Shown in pieces: positions 37,760 through 48,359 of a DNA stretch of 64,000 bases. The notes under the pieces were generated by a model. It saw only the letters and a program-made list of their open reading frames with translations, had not been told where the DNA came from and did not search any database. The DNA is from SAR324 cluster bacterium (lineage in GTDB: Bacteria; SAR324; JACQKK01). Each line of letters starts with the position of its first letter. The stretch's first letter is position 1. Made by a program: the position numbers and the translations under genes. The DNA lies in contig JACZRV010000002.1 in the NCBI GenBank assembly GCA_022574555.1, positions 21,995 to 85,994 of the forward strand, written 5' to 3'.

Positions 37760-38269
37760 TTAATAGCTTCTGCGGAAACCGGTATTGTGGCACTTCGGGC
37801 AAGGAGGAATGCGGGTGGCCGCGTCGAAGACCAGTTGCTGGGAACACTGGGTACAGGTAAGGGTGCCCGGCCCGGCCACCTCTCCTGTTTTATACGCGAG
37901 CCGCTCATCAAGCTTGCTGGCGAACGAGTCGAGTTGGCTCCCTGCTTTTTGCGCCATGCGCTGCACCAATCCCATGACACCGGCTCCAATGCGATTCAGA
38001 TCCAGACTGCGCCGCGTCTGGTCTCCTGCCTGTCGCACGGCCTCCTGGAAATCTCGGCGGAGAAATTCGGTTACTTTGGGAATGTCCTCGGCGTAATGGT
38101 CCTTAAGTTGCCGAGCCCATTCGCGGGATTCCTTCAACGCCTTCTCGAAACTTTCCTCGGTCAAGGCACCCGCTTTTTCCAGGTTGCGGCGGAAGACCCG
38201 GTTCATTTTTTCATATAGGGTCTCCAGGGTATCCCTGCTCGGGTCATCGTTTTTTTGATTTTCACTCAT
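37760..38269 (-). CDS. Zinc-ribbon-containing hypothetical protein.
   Basis: C-terminal CTQCSQQ…CPKCHN. Confidence 0.45.
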   Translation of the reverse strand: MSENQKNDDPSRDTLETLYEKMNRVFRRNLEKAGALTEESFEKALKESREWARQLKDHYAEDIPKVTEFLRRDFQEAVRQAGDQTRRSLDLNRIGAGVMGLVQRMAQKAGSQLDSFASKLDERLAYKTGEVAGPGTLTCTQCSQQLVFDAATRIPPCPKCHNTGFRRSY

Positions 38270-38929
38270 CCTTGCCTCGTCGGGGACAAATCGCATCATC
38301 AGTGGCGATTTACCAGGGAGCCAAGCGTTCAGGGGCCGCGGTGGCATGTGTGCCGAGGTAAATCGCCGCATTGTTCCTCAGTATATCACTCCATCCGTGC
38401 CTAATGCACCCGGTGCGCACCTCGTATATTAAGATCGCCTCAACCCGGAAAATCTGCCCATGCTGTCGCGTGCGGCCACCAGGATCTGGTTATAGTCCAA
38501 GGGAGACAATATGCACAGAGCGCGCAGCGGAATGCCCCGCTGAAGGGCCGTGGCAGCCCATGATCCTTGACATGAGACACGGATAATTCTAAGAATTCTA
38601 GAATCGGTCTTGAATTTAATTTACGGCCAGGATTGTTGTGCCGCGCGCAGCGAAGAATTCCGATGAGAACGTCCGTATATTGTGCGGCTGGACGCCACAC
38701 CCGAAATTCTTCCCGGCGCCCATGATGAAATACGAGAGGGCCGGGAATTTTTAAGACCGCTGTAGTACTGTTGGAGTGAAGGGGGACGGGAAACCATGCG
38801 GCCGGCACCGCAGACCGGTTCCGGACGCAGCCGCTATCGAGGGTTGGGCGTTCCTTCCGCACGCTCGCCACGTGCGGCGGCCATCTGCGATAGTGGCGTC
38901 GACCCTCCCAAATTTCGCCGGCGAGATTC

Positions 38930-40147
38930 ATGAGTGAGCCCAGCACACCGGTCCGATTGGCGGAGCGGATGTCCCAACTCCCCGATTATTTGTTCGGTCA
39001 GATCAATGCCTTGCGTCAGAAGAAGCGGCGTGAGGGGATGGACCTGATCGATATGTCGATGGGCAATCCCATCGATCCCACGCCCCAACCGATCGTGGAT
39101 AAGTTGGTGGAGGTGGTGCAGGACCGGCGCAATCACCGATACTCCGTATCCGAAGGGATCTTCAACCTGCGTAACGAATTGGCCAAGTATTATCTCGCCC
39201 GATTCGATGTGGTGCTGAATCCCGACGAGGAGATTATTTTCACCATCGGCTCCAAGGAGGGATTTTCTCATCTCTGCCTGGCGCTGATCGGTCCGGGTGA
39301 CACAGCCATCGTTCCGGCGCCTGCGTACCCGATCCACTCCTACAGCGTCATCCTGGCCGGAGGCAATATCGTCAGGCTGCGTATCGAAGACGACGAGGCG
39401 TTTTGCCGCGACGTCGCGCGGGTCTGCTCCAACCACACCCCGGCGCCCAAGGTGGTGTTTCTCAACTACCCCCATAATCCCACGGGTAAGTGTGTGGAAC
39501 TGGAATTTTTTCGCGAGATGGTGCGCCTGGCCAAACGCTACGATTTCATCATTGTACACGATTTCGCTTACAGCCGTATCACCTACGACGGATATCAGGC
39601 ACCGTCCTTCCTGGAGGTGGAAGGCGCGAAGGAAGTGGGCTGCGAATTCGGCACCATGTCCAAGGCATTCAACATGGCGGGATGGCGAATCGGCTATGCC
39701 ATGGGCAACCGGCACATCATCCAGGCCCTGGGACGGATCAAGGGCTACTACGACTATGGTATTTTCCAGGCGATCCAGATCGCCTCGATCATCGCCCTAC
39801 GCGATTGCCAGGAATATGTGGAGCAGCAGGTAGAAGTGTATCGCCGCCGGCGAGCCGTCATCCTGGACGGGCTCGAGCAGTCCGGCTGGGAGGTCGAATC
39901 GCCCCGTGGCGGCATGTTCGTCTGGGTCAAGATCCCAGAGCGTTGGTGCGATGAGGGCAGTTTCGCCTTTACACTGCGGTTGATGGACGAGGCCCACGTG
40001 GTGGTTTCGCCCGGAGCGGGGTTCGGCCCGGAAGGGGAGGGCTACTTGCGGATGGCCTTGGTGGAGAACGAGAAGCGGCTGCGTCAGGGCATGCGCAGCC
40101 TTCGTGCGGCTTTCTCCATCCAGCTTCCAGTGAAGAAAGCCCTCTAG
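38930..40147 (+). CDS. alaC: PLP-dependent aminotransferase class I, AlaC/YfdZ-like alanine transaminase.
   Basis: High similarity along its length to E. coli AlaC, including SKAFNMAGWRIGY (the PLP-Lys region). Confidence 0.85.
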   Translation: MSEPSTPVRLAERMSQLPDYLFGQINALRQKKRREGMDLIDMSMGNPIDPTPQPIVDKLVEVVQDRRNHRYSVSEGIFNLRNELAKYYLARFDVVLNPDEEIIFTIGSKEGFSHLCLALIGPGDTAIVPAPAYPIHSYSVILAGGNIVRLRIEDDEAFCRDVARVCSNHTPAPKVVFLNYPHNPTGKCVELEFFREMVRLAKRYDFIIVHDFAYSRITYDGYQAPSFLEVEGAKEVGCEFGTMSKAFNMAGWRIGYAMGNRHIIQALGRIKGYYDYGIFQAIQIASIIALRDCQEYVEQQVEVYRRRRAVILDGLEQSGWEVESPRGGMFVWVKIPERWCDEGSFAFTLRLMDEAHVVVSPGAGFGPEGEGYLRMALVENEKRLRQGMRSLRAAFSIQLPVKKAL

Positions 40148-40290
40148 AAAGCATGCCCGCGTCCCGGAGCCCTCTCATGGCGACCGCTGGGCCGCTCTAA
40201 GCTATCATTGGCCCTGTAGAGATATTATCGGCACAAATTCTACTGGCATAGATCTTACCTACGCATAATTTAATCTCTTTGGGTCTAATT

Positions 40291-40357
40291 CCCCGCCGCT
40301 TGCGGCGTAAGGGAAGTAGAAATTTCGATACCGGATACCCCGCCGCTTGCGGCGGGG
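40291..40357. repeat. Two copies of the hairpin-forming element CCCCGCCGCTTGCGGCG(GGG) in the alaC-ppdK intergenic region.
   Basis: ccccgccgcttgcggcg at 40291-40307 and ccccgccgcttgcggcgggg at 40338-40357. Each contains the palindrome cgccgc-tt-gcggcg. Confidence 0.7.
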
Positions 40358-40457
40358 TCATTCATTCGAGCGCCATGCGAAGCCCGGCATTCCAATGCCA
40401 ATCCGTTTGAGCATCCGGGTTGATGTTCCCAGGCCATAAGGCCGCTTCGCAAAGGAT

Positions 40458-43118
40458 GTGCAGGGCATGGAAAACGCGAGCACCGAACCGATGATCGTCA
40501 CTTTCGGTCTGGGGGAATCCTCAACCGCCGTGGGGCGGAAAACGGACCTGGGGGAGAAGGCTTGGGCCATGATGGAGTTGGCCGCTTTGGGCGCGCCTAT
40601 TCCCCCCGGTATCATTCTCACCGCGCCCCTCTGCGGCATTTATCTCTCCAACGGCAATACCCTGCCCGAGGGATTCGAAAGTTCCCTGGCGCGCGAGTTG
40701 GAGAGGTTGACCGGGAAAAACGGCCGGCGGTTCGGCGACGAAAAAAATCCAATGCTGGTCTCGCTTCGCTCCAGCCCCTATGTGCCGATGCGCTACGCCT
40801 TGAAAACGGTGGTCAACATCGGCATCAACGAGGAGATCGTCCGTGGCTGGGCCGATGGTTCTGTGGAGGCCCGCTTCGCCTGGGACGCCTATCGCCGGTT
40901 TCTCCGCTCCTACGGCGAGCAGGTCACGGGGCTCCAGCCGGAGGCTTTTGATGAGGCAGCGGAAGACCTTTTCAGCCGCGATGGCGTGGAAGACGATACC
41001 GGTTTGGACGCCGAGGCCATGGAGGAGATGGCCCAGGCCTTTCTGGCGGTATATTCCCGCGGCGGCGCCGAGCCTCCGCCCAGCGATCCCATGACCCAGC
41101 TCGTCCGCGCCATCGAGACTGGCTTTCGCGAGTGGGATAAGCCCGCGACAGAGGAATACCGGCTTTCCTTGGGTTTGGAGGGGCTGCCGGGAAACGCGCT
41201 TCTCATACAATCCATGGTATTCGGCACCGCGCCGGGTATTTCGGGAGCAGGCCGGTTTCTTTCCCGTCATCCCGTCACCGGCGAAAAGACGCTCAACGGA
41301 AAGTATCTCTCGGCCGCAATGGGCACGGACCTCACCGCCGGGACGCGGATGGCCGAACCCCTGGAATCGCTTTTCAAGGAGGCACCCCAACTGCGGGAGC
41401 AGATCGTCGACTGGCAGGGAAAGATCGAACGCCACTTCCATGATGCCCGGGAAGTGCACTTCGCCGTAGAGGATGGTCGGCTGGCATTTTTGCTGACGCT
41501 GCCCGCCCCACGGTCCGGCAAGGCGGGCCTGAAAATCGCTCTGGACATGGTCGATGAAGGGTTGGCCACCGAGCGGCAGGCGCTGAAGCATCTCGATCCT
41601 TTGTTGCTCAACGAGTTCCTTCATCCCATTCTCGATCCGCAGGCGGCGAAGAATCCCCTCACGCGGGGCTTGCCCGCCTCGCCCGGTTCGGCAGTGGGAC
41701 AGGTGGTCTTCTTTGCCGAACAGGTCGAGGACCTGGCCGCCCAAGGGGTGAAGACGATCCTGGTTCGTCACGAGACCACGCCGGAAGACATCGGCGGACT
41801 GAACCTGGCGCAAGGTATCCTCACGGTGACCGGCGGGCTCACCTCCCACGCGGCGGTGGTGGCGCGGGGGATGGGCAAATGCTGCATCGTGGGCGTGTCC
41901 GGGATCGAGCTGAATTATCATTTGCAGGAAATGACCATCGGTGAAACCACGGTGCGCCGCCTGGATTGGATCAGCCTGGACGGCAGCACCGGCCAAGTGT
42001 ACCTGGGGCAACTGCCCCAGATTCAGACTGGCCTGGAAGGCGCTCCGGCCCGCCTGTTGGAGTGGGCCGACCGGCATCGAACGCTCGGAGTCCGGGCCAA
42101 CGCCGATAATGCCAAGGATGCCGCGCACGCTCTCGAACTCGGCGCGGAGGGCATCGGGTTGTGCCGCACCGAGCACATGTTCTTCGAGATCGATCGCATT
42201 CCCCTGTTCCGCAAGATGATCCTGGCGATGGATCACGTGGGCCGCTCCGCCGCCCTGGCCGATCTGATGCCCCTGCAACGCAAGGACTTCATGGATCTGT
42301 TCCGGGTGATGGACGGCCGCCCGGTGACCATCCGCCTGCTCGACCCGCCGCTTCACGAGTTTCTGCCCCGAGGCATCCGTTCCCAGAACAGGATAGCCAA
42401 AGCGATGGGCATCACGGTGGACCTGATCCAAAAGCGGATCGAGATGCTGATGGAGACCAACCCCATGTTGGGTCATCGGGGGTGCCGGCTGGCCATCACC
42501 TATCCCGAAATTTACCAGATGCAAGTGCGCGCCATCGTGGAGGCGGCCTGCATTGTCACCAAGGAGGGGGTCGCCGTCGAACCGGAGATCATGGTGCCGC
42601 TCGTCTCCACCGCCCGTGAACTGGACGCCATCCGCAGACAAATCGATCCCCTCGTGCAGCAGGTCATGGCGGAGATGGACGAATCCTTTCCCATCGCCGT
42701 GGGCACCATGCTGGAAACCCCCCGTGCGGCGGTCTGCGCCCGGACCATTGCCCGCCGGGCGGATTTTTTCTCCTTCGGTACGAACGACCTGACTCAAATG
42801 AGCTTCGGGTTTTCCCGCGACGATGCCGGTATCTTTCTGCCGACCTACATCGAGCAGGGCATCCTGGATAAAGACCCCTTCGTCGAGCTCGATTACGCTG
42901 GCGTGGGCGGGTTGATGCGCATGGCGATCGAGATGGGCCGCGAAGGCAATCCCGACATCAAGTTCGGCATCTGCGGCGAACACGGAGGCGACCCCGCCTC
43001 GGTGCGCTTTTCGCACCGCATGGGACTCGACTATGTGAGCTGCTCACCCTACCGGATTCCCATCGCGCGCCTCGCCGCGGCCCAGGCCGCCGTTTTGGCG
43101 GAAGAAGATCCTCCGTGA
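40458..43118 (+). CDS. ppdK: Pyruvate, phosphate dikinase.
   Basis: About 886 aa. Catalytic His motif GGLTSHAAVVARGMGKCCIVG and the C-terminal PEP-utilising TIM-barrel domain. Confidence 0.9.
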   Translation: MQGMENASTEPMIVTFGLGESSTAVGRKTDLGEKAWAMMELAALGAPIPPGIILTAPLCGIYLSNGNTLPEGFESSLARELERLTGKNGRRFGDEKNPMLVSLRSSPYVPMRYALKTVVNIGINEEIVRGWADGSVEARFAWDAYRRFLRSYGEQVTGLQPEAFDEAAEDLFSRDGVEDDTGLDAEAMEEMAQAFLAVYSRGGAEPPPSDPMTQLVRAIETGFREWDKPATEEYRLSLGLEGLPGNALLIQSMVFGTAPGISGAGRFLSRHPVTGEKTLNGKYLSAAMGTDLTAGTRMAEPLESLFKEAPQLREQIVDWQGKIERHFHDAREVHFAVEDGRLAFLLTLPAPRSGKAGLKIALDMVDEGLATERQALKHLDPLLLNEFLHPILDPQAAKNPLTRGLPASPGSAVGQVVFFAEQVEDLAAQGVKTILVRHETTPEDIGGLNLAQGILTVTGGLTSHAAVVARGMGKCCIVGVSGIELNYHLQEMTIGETTVRRLDWISLDGSTGQVYLGQLPQIQTGLEGAPARLLEWADRHRTLGVRANADNAKDAAHALELGAEGIGLCRTEHMFFEIDRIPLFRKMILAMDHVGRSAALADLMPLQRKDFMDLFRVMDGRPVTIRLLDPPLHEFLPRGIRSQNRIAKAMGITVDLIQKRIEMLMETNPMLGHRGCRLAITYPEIYQMQVRAIVEAACIVTKEGVAVEPEIMVPLVSTARELDAIRRQIDPLVQQVMAEMDESFPIAVGTMLETPRAAVCARTIARRADFFSFGTNDLTQMSFGFSRDDAGIFLPTYIEQGILDKDPFVELDYAGVGGLMRMAIEMGREGNPDIKFGICGEHGGDPASVRFSHRMGLDYVSCSPYRIPIARLAAAQAAVLAEEDPP

Positions 43119-44329
43119 ACACGATTCCCCTGCTGTGGCAGCTCTACAAGTACATGCCGCCCGAGCACTACGGGGCCCTGGCGGAGTGGCATCTGTGGGG
43201 CGTGTTGGGGTTATTGGGCGTGCTGGCGGCGGTGGGTCTGCATTACCTGATCGGTCACGTTTTCCGATTTTACCGCATCGCCGGCAGGCCCTCATCCTGG
43301 CTGGCTGCGCCCACGTTTCCCGTACTGCTCATCGGTCTGTTCTCATTGCTGGGCACCTATTTGCTCGGCATGGGCGCCCAGGAGCTGGCGTGGCGGGCGC
43401 TCGAGACCGCCGAGTCGATCCCGCAACCTTCGGCTGGGGAGAATGCCCTCGGTCAAGTCTTGCCCGAGAGCACACCCAATCCCCGCATTCCGCATTCCCC
43501 GTTGGAGCCGCTTCCGCCGGCTGAGAGGGTTCCGGCTCCGGCCCCTGGTCCGTCCACTCCTGGTGCCACGCAGCAGCCGCCTGCTGCGGAATTGGCCCCT
43601 TTTAACCCCATCGCGAAGAGCCCTCCCGCACCGCTCACGGCTCAGATAGGCCGCCTGCTGCTCGCGCCCGCATTCGACGCCGCTCATGACGCTGAAGGGG
43701 AGGAGCCCACGCGAGCCCAGATCGCCGCGGCGATCCAAGCCATCGCCTCGGAAGATCTGCGGCTGGCCTACCAGGCCCCATCCCCAGAGCCGGTGCCAGG
43801 GATAGCGCCGGCGGGAGCTGGGCCACCCGAAGCGATACCGGCGGGAGCTAGGCCACCCGCAGCGAACCCGGCCGAGGAGCGGGTCGGATCCCTGCTGTTG
43901 GCCATGGTGCGTCTGTGGCTGACCGACACCGGTCAATCGTGGCCCACCGGTCTGGCGATCGCTGAATCGCGGGGTGCTGCGGATTCCGACGGCCAGGCCC
44001 CTTTCCTGCTGGGCGAATTCGTGCCCGCCCTGATCGGCGAGATCGGCGAGGACGATGCCCTGCCCCGAATCGGCTGGGAGCACGTGGCCGGCACGCGCTT
44101 CGTGGAATACGTGCTGCAGCCCCTGCTGACGGAATACTTCGTCTACTCCGCGGTGACCGCCGCTGCTTTGGTGCTGCTGATCATGGTGGCTTATCTCGCC
44201 GGGTTGATGCGCCTGCGCCGCTGGGCCGACCGCCGCGCCATGACAAAATCAAGGGCCAAATCCAAGGCCACCCTGCCCGCCATACGCACCGAGCCCGCGC
44301 CCCCCGCACAACCACTCAGCGCACCCTGA
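43115..44329 (+). CDS. Proline-rich membrane protein of unknown function.
   Basis: 4-nt overlap with the ppdK stop. Two N-terminal TM helices, a long Pro/Ala-rich segment and a C-terminal TM helix. Confidence 0.5.
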   Translation: MNTIPLLWQLYKYMPPEHYGALAEWHLWGVLGLLGVLAAVGLHYLIGHVFRFYRIAGRPSSWLAAPTFPVLLIGLFSLLGTYLLGMGAQELAWRALETAESIPQPSAGENALGQVLPESTPNPRIPHSPLEPLPPAERVPAPAPGPSTPGATQQPPAAELAPFNPIAKSPPAPLTAQIGRLLLAPAFDAAHDAEGEEPTRAQIAAAIQAIASEDLRLAYQAPSPEPVPGIAPAGAGPPEAIPAGARPPAANPAEERVGSLLLAMVRLWLTDTGQSWPTGLAIAESRGAADSDGQAPFLLGEFVPALIGEIGEDDALPRIGWEHVAGTRFVEYVLQPLLTEYFVYSAVTAAALVLLIMVAYLAGLMRLRRWADRRAMTKSRAKSKATLPAIRTEPAPPAQPLSAP

Positions 44330-44419
44330 CCTGCCCCATGCCCTGCCTTATGTTACACGGAAGGCGGCCCATCCACATAAGGCGCGAGCTCCCAACCTCA
44401 CGAATAACCAGACAAGTTC

Positions 44420-47107
44420 TCAGAACTGATCCATAACCTCATGTAATTTCTCGGACAATGTGGCCGAAACGAAAGGCTTCTGGATGAAGGCGTTGCAACC
44501 GCGATCCATGATTAGCTGTGCCGGTCCATCGAGGCTGTAGCCACTTGAGAGGAGCACCTTTACGTCCGAATTGAGAGCCTTCAGTTTGTCAAATACGTCG
44601 CCACCGCCCATTCCCGGCATAATCACGTCCAGAATAACCAGGTCCACCTTGTCCATGTATTTCTCATAGATTTCAAGGGCATCGTCGCCGGAATTTGCAC
44701 TCAATACGTTGTATCCAAGCTTTTCGAGAGTTCGTCTCATCCCGATAGCTATATCCTCCTCATCATCCACGAAGAGAATTGTGCCCGTACCTTTTCGCTC
44801 CCTAGGCTTTGGCACCTCTTTAACCTGCACGACTTCGCCTTCCGTTGCCGGCAGGTGAATTTCGAATATCGATCCTTCGCCGACATGGCTTTCAACGTTA
44901 ACGATACCTCGGTGATTCTCTATAATTCCGTACGCGGATGCCAGACCCAACCCAGAGTGGCTGGCCATCCCCTTTGTTGTGAAAAACGGCTCGAAAATCC
45001 TGCCTAGGGTATCCTGGTCCATTCCCGCGCCGGTGTCTGTGATTGATAATTTGACGTATTGGCCAGGTGCCAGCTCGAATAAGCTTGCAAAATGATCGTC
45101 AACTATCAAATTCTCAGTTTTAACAGTAAGTTCCCCACCATCCGGCATGGCCTCCGATGCGTTTAAAAGAATGTTCAGTAAAACTTGCTCGATTTGATTT
45201 TGATCGCCCCGAATTTCTCGAAGATGACTTTCAATATTATAAGTTGCCCGAATATTCTTATGCGTCCCCAATACCAAAGTAACCATTGTTTCGACGAGTT
45301 GATTTAGATCAATCGATTTGACCACATATTTACCACCACTTGCGAAACCGAGAAGTTGACCAGTCAGGGCAGCACCTCTCTCGATGCTTTGCTGGACAGC
45401 AATGAGGATTTCATAATTCGGATGGCTGGCATCCATATCGGCCCCGAGAATCGATATACTACCCGAGATGATCTGGAGCAAATTATTGAAGTTGTGGGCA
45501 ATGCCTCCTGCCAGGGTGCCGACAGCTTCCATCTTCTGAGATTGCCGGAGCCGAGCTTCCAATAATTTCATTTCCGTAATATTTATGATTGTTGCCTGAT
45601 CTGCCAGTTGACCATCCCAAAGAATTTTTTGAGAGAATATGCGTATGGTAATTTCATTGCCAAGCCGAGTAAAAGCGTTAACCTCATATTGGCTTGGCGC
45701 CTCCCGCCCTTCTGCCCGGTCTTTCCTGATTTTTAGGAACCTGTCCCGATCGATATCGGCCACATGGTCTAAAACTGACTTTCCAATCATATCTTCAATC
45801 TTTTCATATTCGTACATCATTGCGACGGCGCGATTTGCGAAAATAATACGTCCGTTAATATGCACAATGATTCCTTGCACTGAACCCTCCACCAAATTGC
45901 GGAATCTCCGTTCACTCTCCTGTAGTGCCACTTCTGCCGTTTTGCGCTCCGTGATATCGGAAAAAATGACTTGGACCAATTTTTCGCCGTTCCAGTTGAC
46001 GACGCTAGCCCTTGTTTCCGCCCAAAACTCCTTTCCATCTTTTCTGAGCCAACGAGATTCGTGTTTGGAGGGTGCAATATTATTCTCGATGCGGGCTTTC
46101 CCATATTTTTTTAGCCGATCGATCTCCTCCGGATGAAAGCACGGCGCTATATCACCTTGTGTAATTATTTCTTCAGATGACTCAAAGCCGAACATGGTGG
46201 CCATAGCCTGATTCGCAAAAACAACATGAGTGATGTCGCGCATGATGGCCATTCCTTGGGCCATCTCACCCACCAAACCTCTGAACATCAGCTCGCTGTC
46301 GATGAGTTTTTCTTCGGCAGCTTCTAACCGGGTCACGATCTCGGCGATTCCTATGATTCGATAGGGCACCATGGGCTCCGCCTGGCCCTTCATCTCTACC
46401 GGAGTCAGGGCCTCGGTATCGATGTAGGGGGCGATCAGCCGGTTGGTGTCCGGGCTGACCAAAACGGTGTCGGCCTCGGCATGGCTCGCCAGCCGGGCGC
46501 CGGTGTTGACCGTATCGCCGGTGATGCCGAAGGTGCCGTCGCGGCGGTCCTCGGTGCCGGTGACGATCAGCCCGGTGGCGATGCCGGAATGGAGCCGCAG
46601 TGGCGCGCCGATCTTTTCTTCCACCTCGGGGCTCATGGCCCGCACCATCTCGTGCAGGTCGCGGGCGGCCCGCACGGCGCGCACGGGGTCGTCCTCGTGG
46701 GCGGTGGGGATGCCGAACAGGGCCAGCACCTCGTCTCCCACGAATTGGTTGACGATGCCCCCGTGCCCCTCCACGATGCGCACCGCCTCGGCCTTGATCC
46801 GCCCCACGATGCCCCGCACCTCCTCGGGATCGAGGCGTTCGTTCATGGCCGTGTAGCCGGAGAGGTCGGAAAACAGGACCGTAGCCTGGCGGCGTTCGCC
46901 TTCGGGCGGGTGGGTCGCCTCGGCTGGTGGCGGTTTTGTGATGGTTTCGGCGGACTGGGAGAGATCGTGACCGCACCCGTCGCAGAATGCCGCGTTGGAG
47001 CGGAGAGGGCGCTGACAGTTGGGGCAGGCCAGCACAAGACGGACACCGCATTTGTAGCAGAAGGCGGCATCACCAGCGTTGTCTGATCCGCAGACGGAAC
47101 AATCCAT
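44420..47107 (-). CDS. Multidomain signalling protein: double zinc-ribbon, class III adenylate/guanylate cyclase, PAS x2, histidine kinase (HisKA + HATPase), and receiver domain.
   Basis: CxxC x4 N-terminus; cyclase core (ATVLFSDLSGYT…FVGDEVLALFG); PAS cores; H-box GIAHNFNNLL; the G-box-like segment LGLASAYGIIENHRG; REC domain (ILFVDDEED…VILDVIMPG). Confidence 0.8.
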   Translation of the reverse strand: MDCSVCGSDNAGDAAFCYKCGVRLVLACPNCQRPLRSNAAFCDGCGHDLSQSAETITKPPPAEATHPPEGERRQATVLFSDLSGYTAMNERLDPEEVRGIVGRIKAEAVRIVEGHGGIVNQFVGDEVLALFGIPTAHEDDPVRAVRAARDLHEMVRAMSPEVEEKIGAPLRLHSGIATGLIVTGTEDRRDGTFGITGDTVNTGARLASHAEADTVLVSPDTNRLIAPYIDTEALTPVEMKGQAEPMVPYRIIGIAEIVTRLEAAEEKLIDSELMFRGLVGEMAQGMAIMRDITHVVFANQAMATMFGFESSEEIITQGDIAPCFHPEEIDRLKKYGKARIENNIAPSKHESRWLRKDGKEFWAETRASVVNWNGEKLVQVIFSDITERKTAEVALQESERRFRNLVEGSVQGIIVHINGRIIFANRAVAMMYEYEKIEDMIGKSVLDHVADIDRDRFLKIRKDRAEGREAPSQYEVNAFTRLGNEITIRIFSQKILWDGQLADQATIINITEMKLLEARLRQSQKMEAVGTLAGGIAHNFNNLLQIISGSISILGADMDASHPNYEILIAVQQSIERGAALTGQLLGFASGGKYVVKSIDLNQLVETMVTLVLGTHKNIRATYNIESHLREIRGDQNQIEQVLLNILLNASEAMPDGGELTVKTENLIVDDHFASLFELAPGQYVKLSITDTGAGMDQDTLGRIFEPFFTTKGMASHSGLGLASAYGIIENHRGIVNVESHVGEGSIFEIHLPATEGEVVQVKEVPKPRERKGTGTILFVDDEEDIAIGMRRTLEKLGYNVLSANSGDDALEIYEKYMDKVDLVILDVIMPGMGGGDVFDKLKALNSDVKVLLSSGYSLDGPAQLIMDRGCNAFIQKPFVSATLSEKLHEVMDQF

Positions 47108-47280
47108 GGCGCGGTCCCGGCTATATGTAACGTCAATTTGGCCGCTCGGACCAGCGGGCGAAGTTTAACGAGTTCCGTCCAAGGCGTTGTGGCGAGACCC
47201 TAGCCCGAACATATCACGAAAAGACGGGGCGAAATCAAGGAAACCATTCCCACCGTCCGAGATGGTGTCTTAGCCGCTGC

Positions 47281-48084
47281 TCAGAATTTGATCCTGCCCT
47301 CGGTGGGACTGGAGGCGGCGGCGTAGGATTTACGGGGGATGCGGCCGGCCAGATGGGCCTTGCGGCCGGCCTCGCAGGCCTGGCGCATGGCCTGGGCCAT
47401 CAATACGGGATCGCGGGCGCTGGCCACGGCGGTATTGAGCAGCACGCCGTCGCACCCCAGTTCCATGGCCACCGCCACGTCGGAGGCGGTGCCCACGCCG
47501 GCATCGACGATGACCGGTACGCGCACCAGATCGCGGATGAGGGAGATGTTATAGGGGTTGAGGATGCCCATGCCCGATCCGATGGGAGAACCCAGGGGCA
47601 TCACCGCAATACAGCCCAGGTCCGCCAGCTTTTTACAGATGATGGGATCGTCCGTGCAATAGGGCATCACATGGAAGCCCTTCTCCACCAGGATGCGGGC
47701 GCCCTCCAGCACTTTCTCCGCGTCGGGGTAGAGCGTGTCTTCGTCGGCGATAATCTCCAGTTTGATGAAATCGGTGCCCAGGGCCTCCCGTGCCAGCTCG
47801 GCGGTGAGCAAGGCGTCGCGCACCGTGTGGCAACCGGCGGTGTTGGGGAGGAGCTGGTAGCCCTCCTTGCGCAGCAGGCTGATCAGGTTTCCGCCCGTGG
47901 GGTCGTCCAGGTTCACGCGCCGGATGGCCACCGTCACCATTTGCGCCCCGCCGGCCCGCAGAGCCTTGAGCAGCACATCGTGGTTGGGATAGCGGGCGGT
48001 GCCCATGATCAACCGGGAATCGTAGGTTGTCCCGGCCAGGATCAAGTGATCGCCCGTGGCTTCCGATATGGGTAATTCCATCAT
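47281..48084 (-). CDS. thiG: Thiazole synthase.
   Basis: Strong similarity to ThiG (…LPNTAGCHT…KLEII…[10 protein letters not shown]…). The start at MMELP overlaps the thiS stop (ATGA). Confidence 0.9.
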   Translation of the reverse strand: MMELPISEATGDHLILAGTTYDSRLIMGTARYPNHDVLLKALRAGGAQMVTVAIRRVNLDDPTGGNLISLLRKEGYQLLPNTAGCHTVRDALLTAELAREALGTDFIKLEIIADEDTLYPDAEKVLEGARILVEKGFHVMPYCTDDPIICKKLADLGCIAVMPLGSPIGSGMGILNPYNISLIRDLVRVPVIVDAGVGTASDVAVAMELGCDGVLLNTAVASARDPVLMAQAMRQACEAGRKAHLAGRIPRKSYAAASSPTEGRIKF

Positions 48085-48287
48085 CCCCCTTGAGTGGCCT
48101 GCACGATTTCCAGGGCATCGCCGGGTGCCACCTGCTTGCCGCCCCATTGCTCCCGCCGCACCAGCTCACCATTGAGCGCCACGGCGATCCCGCCTGCGGC
48201 ATCGGGCAACGCGAGTTGCCTCAGCAAGGCCTCCAGGGAAAGCGGCTCGCTAATTTCGTGGGCTTTTCCGTTTACTGTGATTTCCAT
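48081..48287 (-). CDS. thiS: Sulfur-carrier protein ThiS.
   Basis: 68 aa ending in …ATQGG with a C-terminal Gly-Gly. Immediately upstream of thiG. Confidence 0.8.
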   Translation of the reverse strand: MEITVNGKAHEISEPLSLEALLRQLALPDAAGGIAVALNGELVRREQWGGKQVAPGDALEIVQATQGG

Positions 48288-48359
48288 CGGGGGAGAAGCC
48301 GGCTACGGACTCCGAGCCGGATAATCTTTTCTCGCGAATGACGCCCCGGCGGCGGGGTT

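Noticed and set aside
45356-46136. Plus-strand ORFs inside the AT-richer part of the hybrid kinase gene.
   Set aside because: They are antisense to a domain-complete PAS-HK-REC reading frame. They are an artefact of the locally lower GC content.
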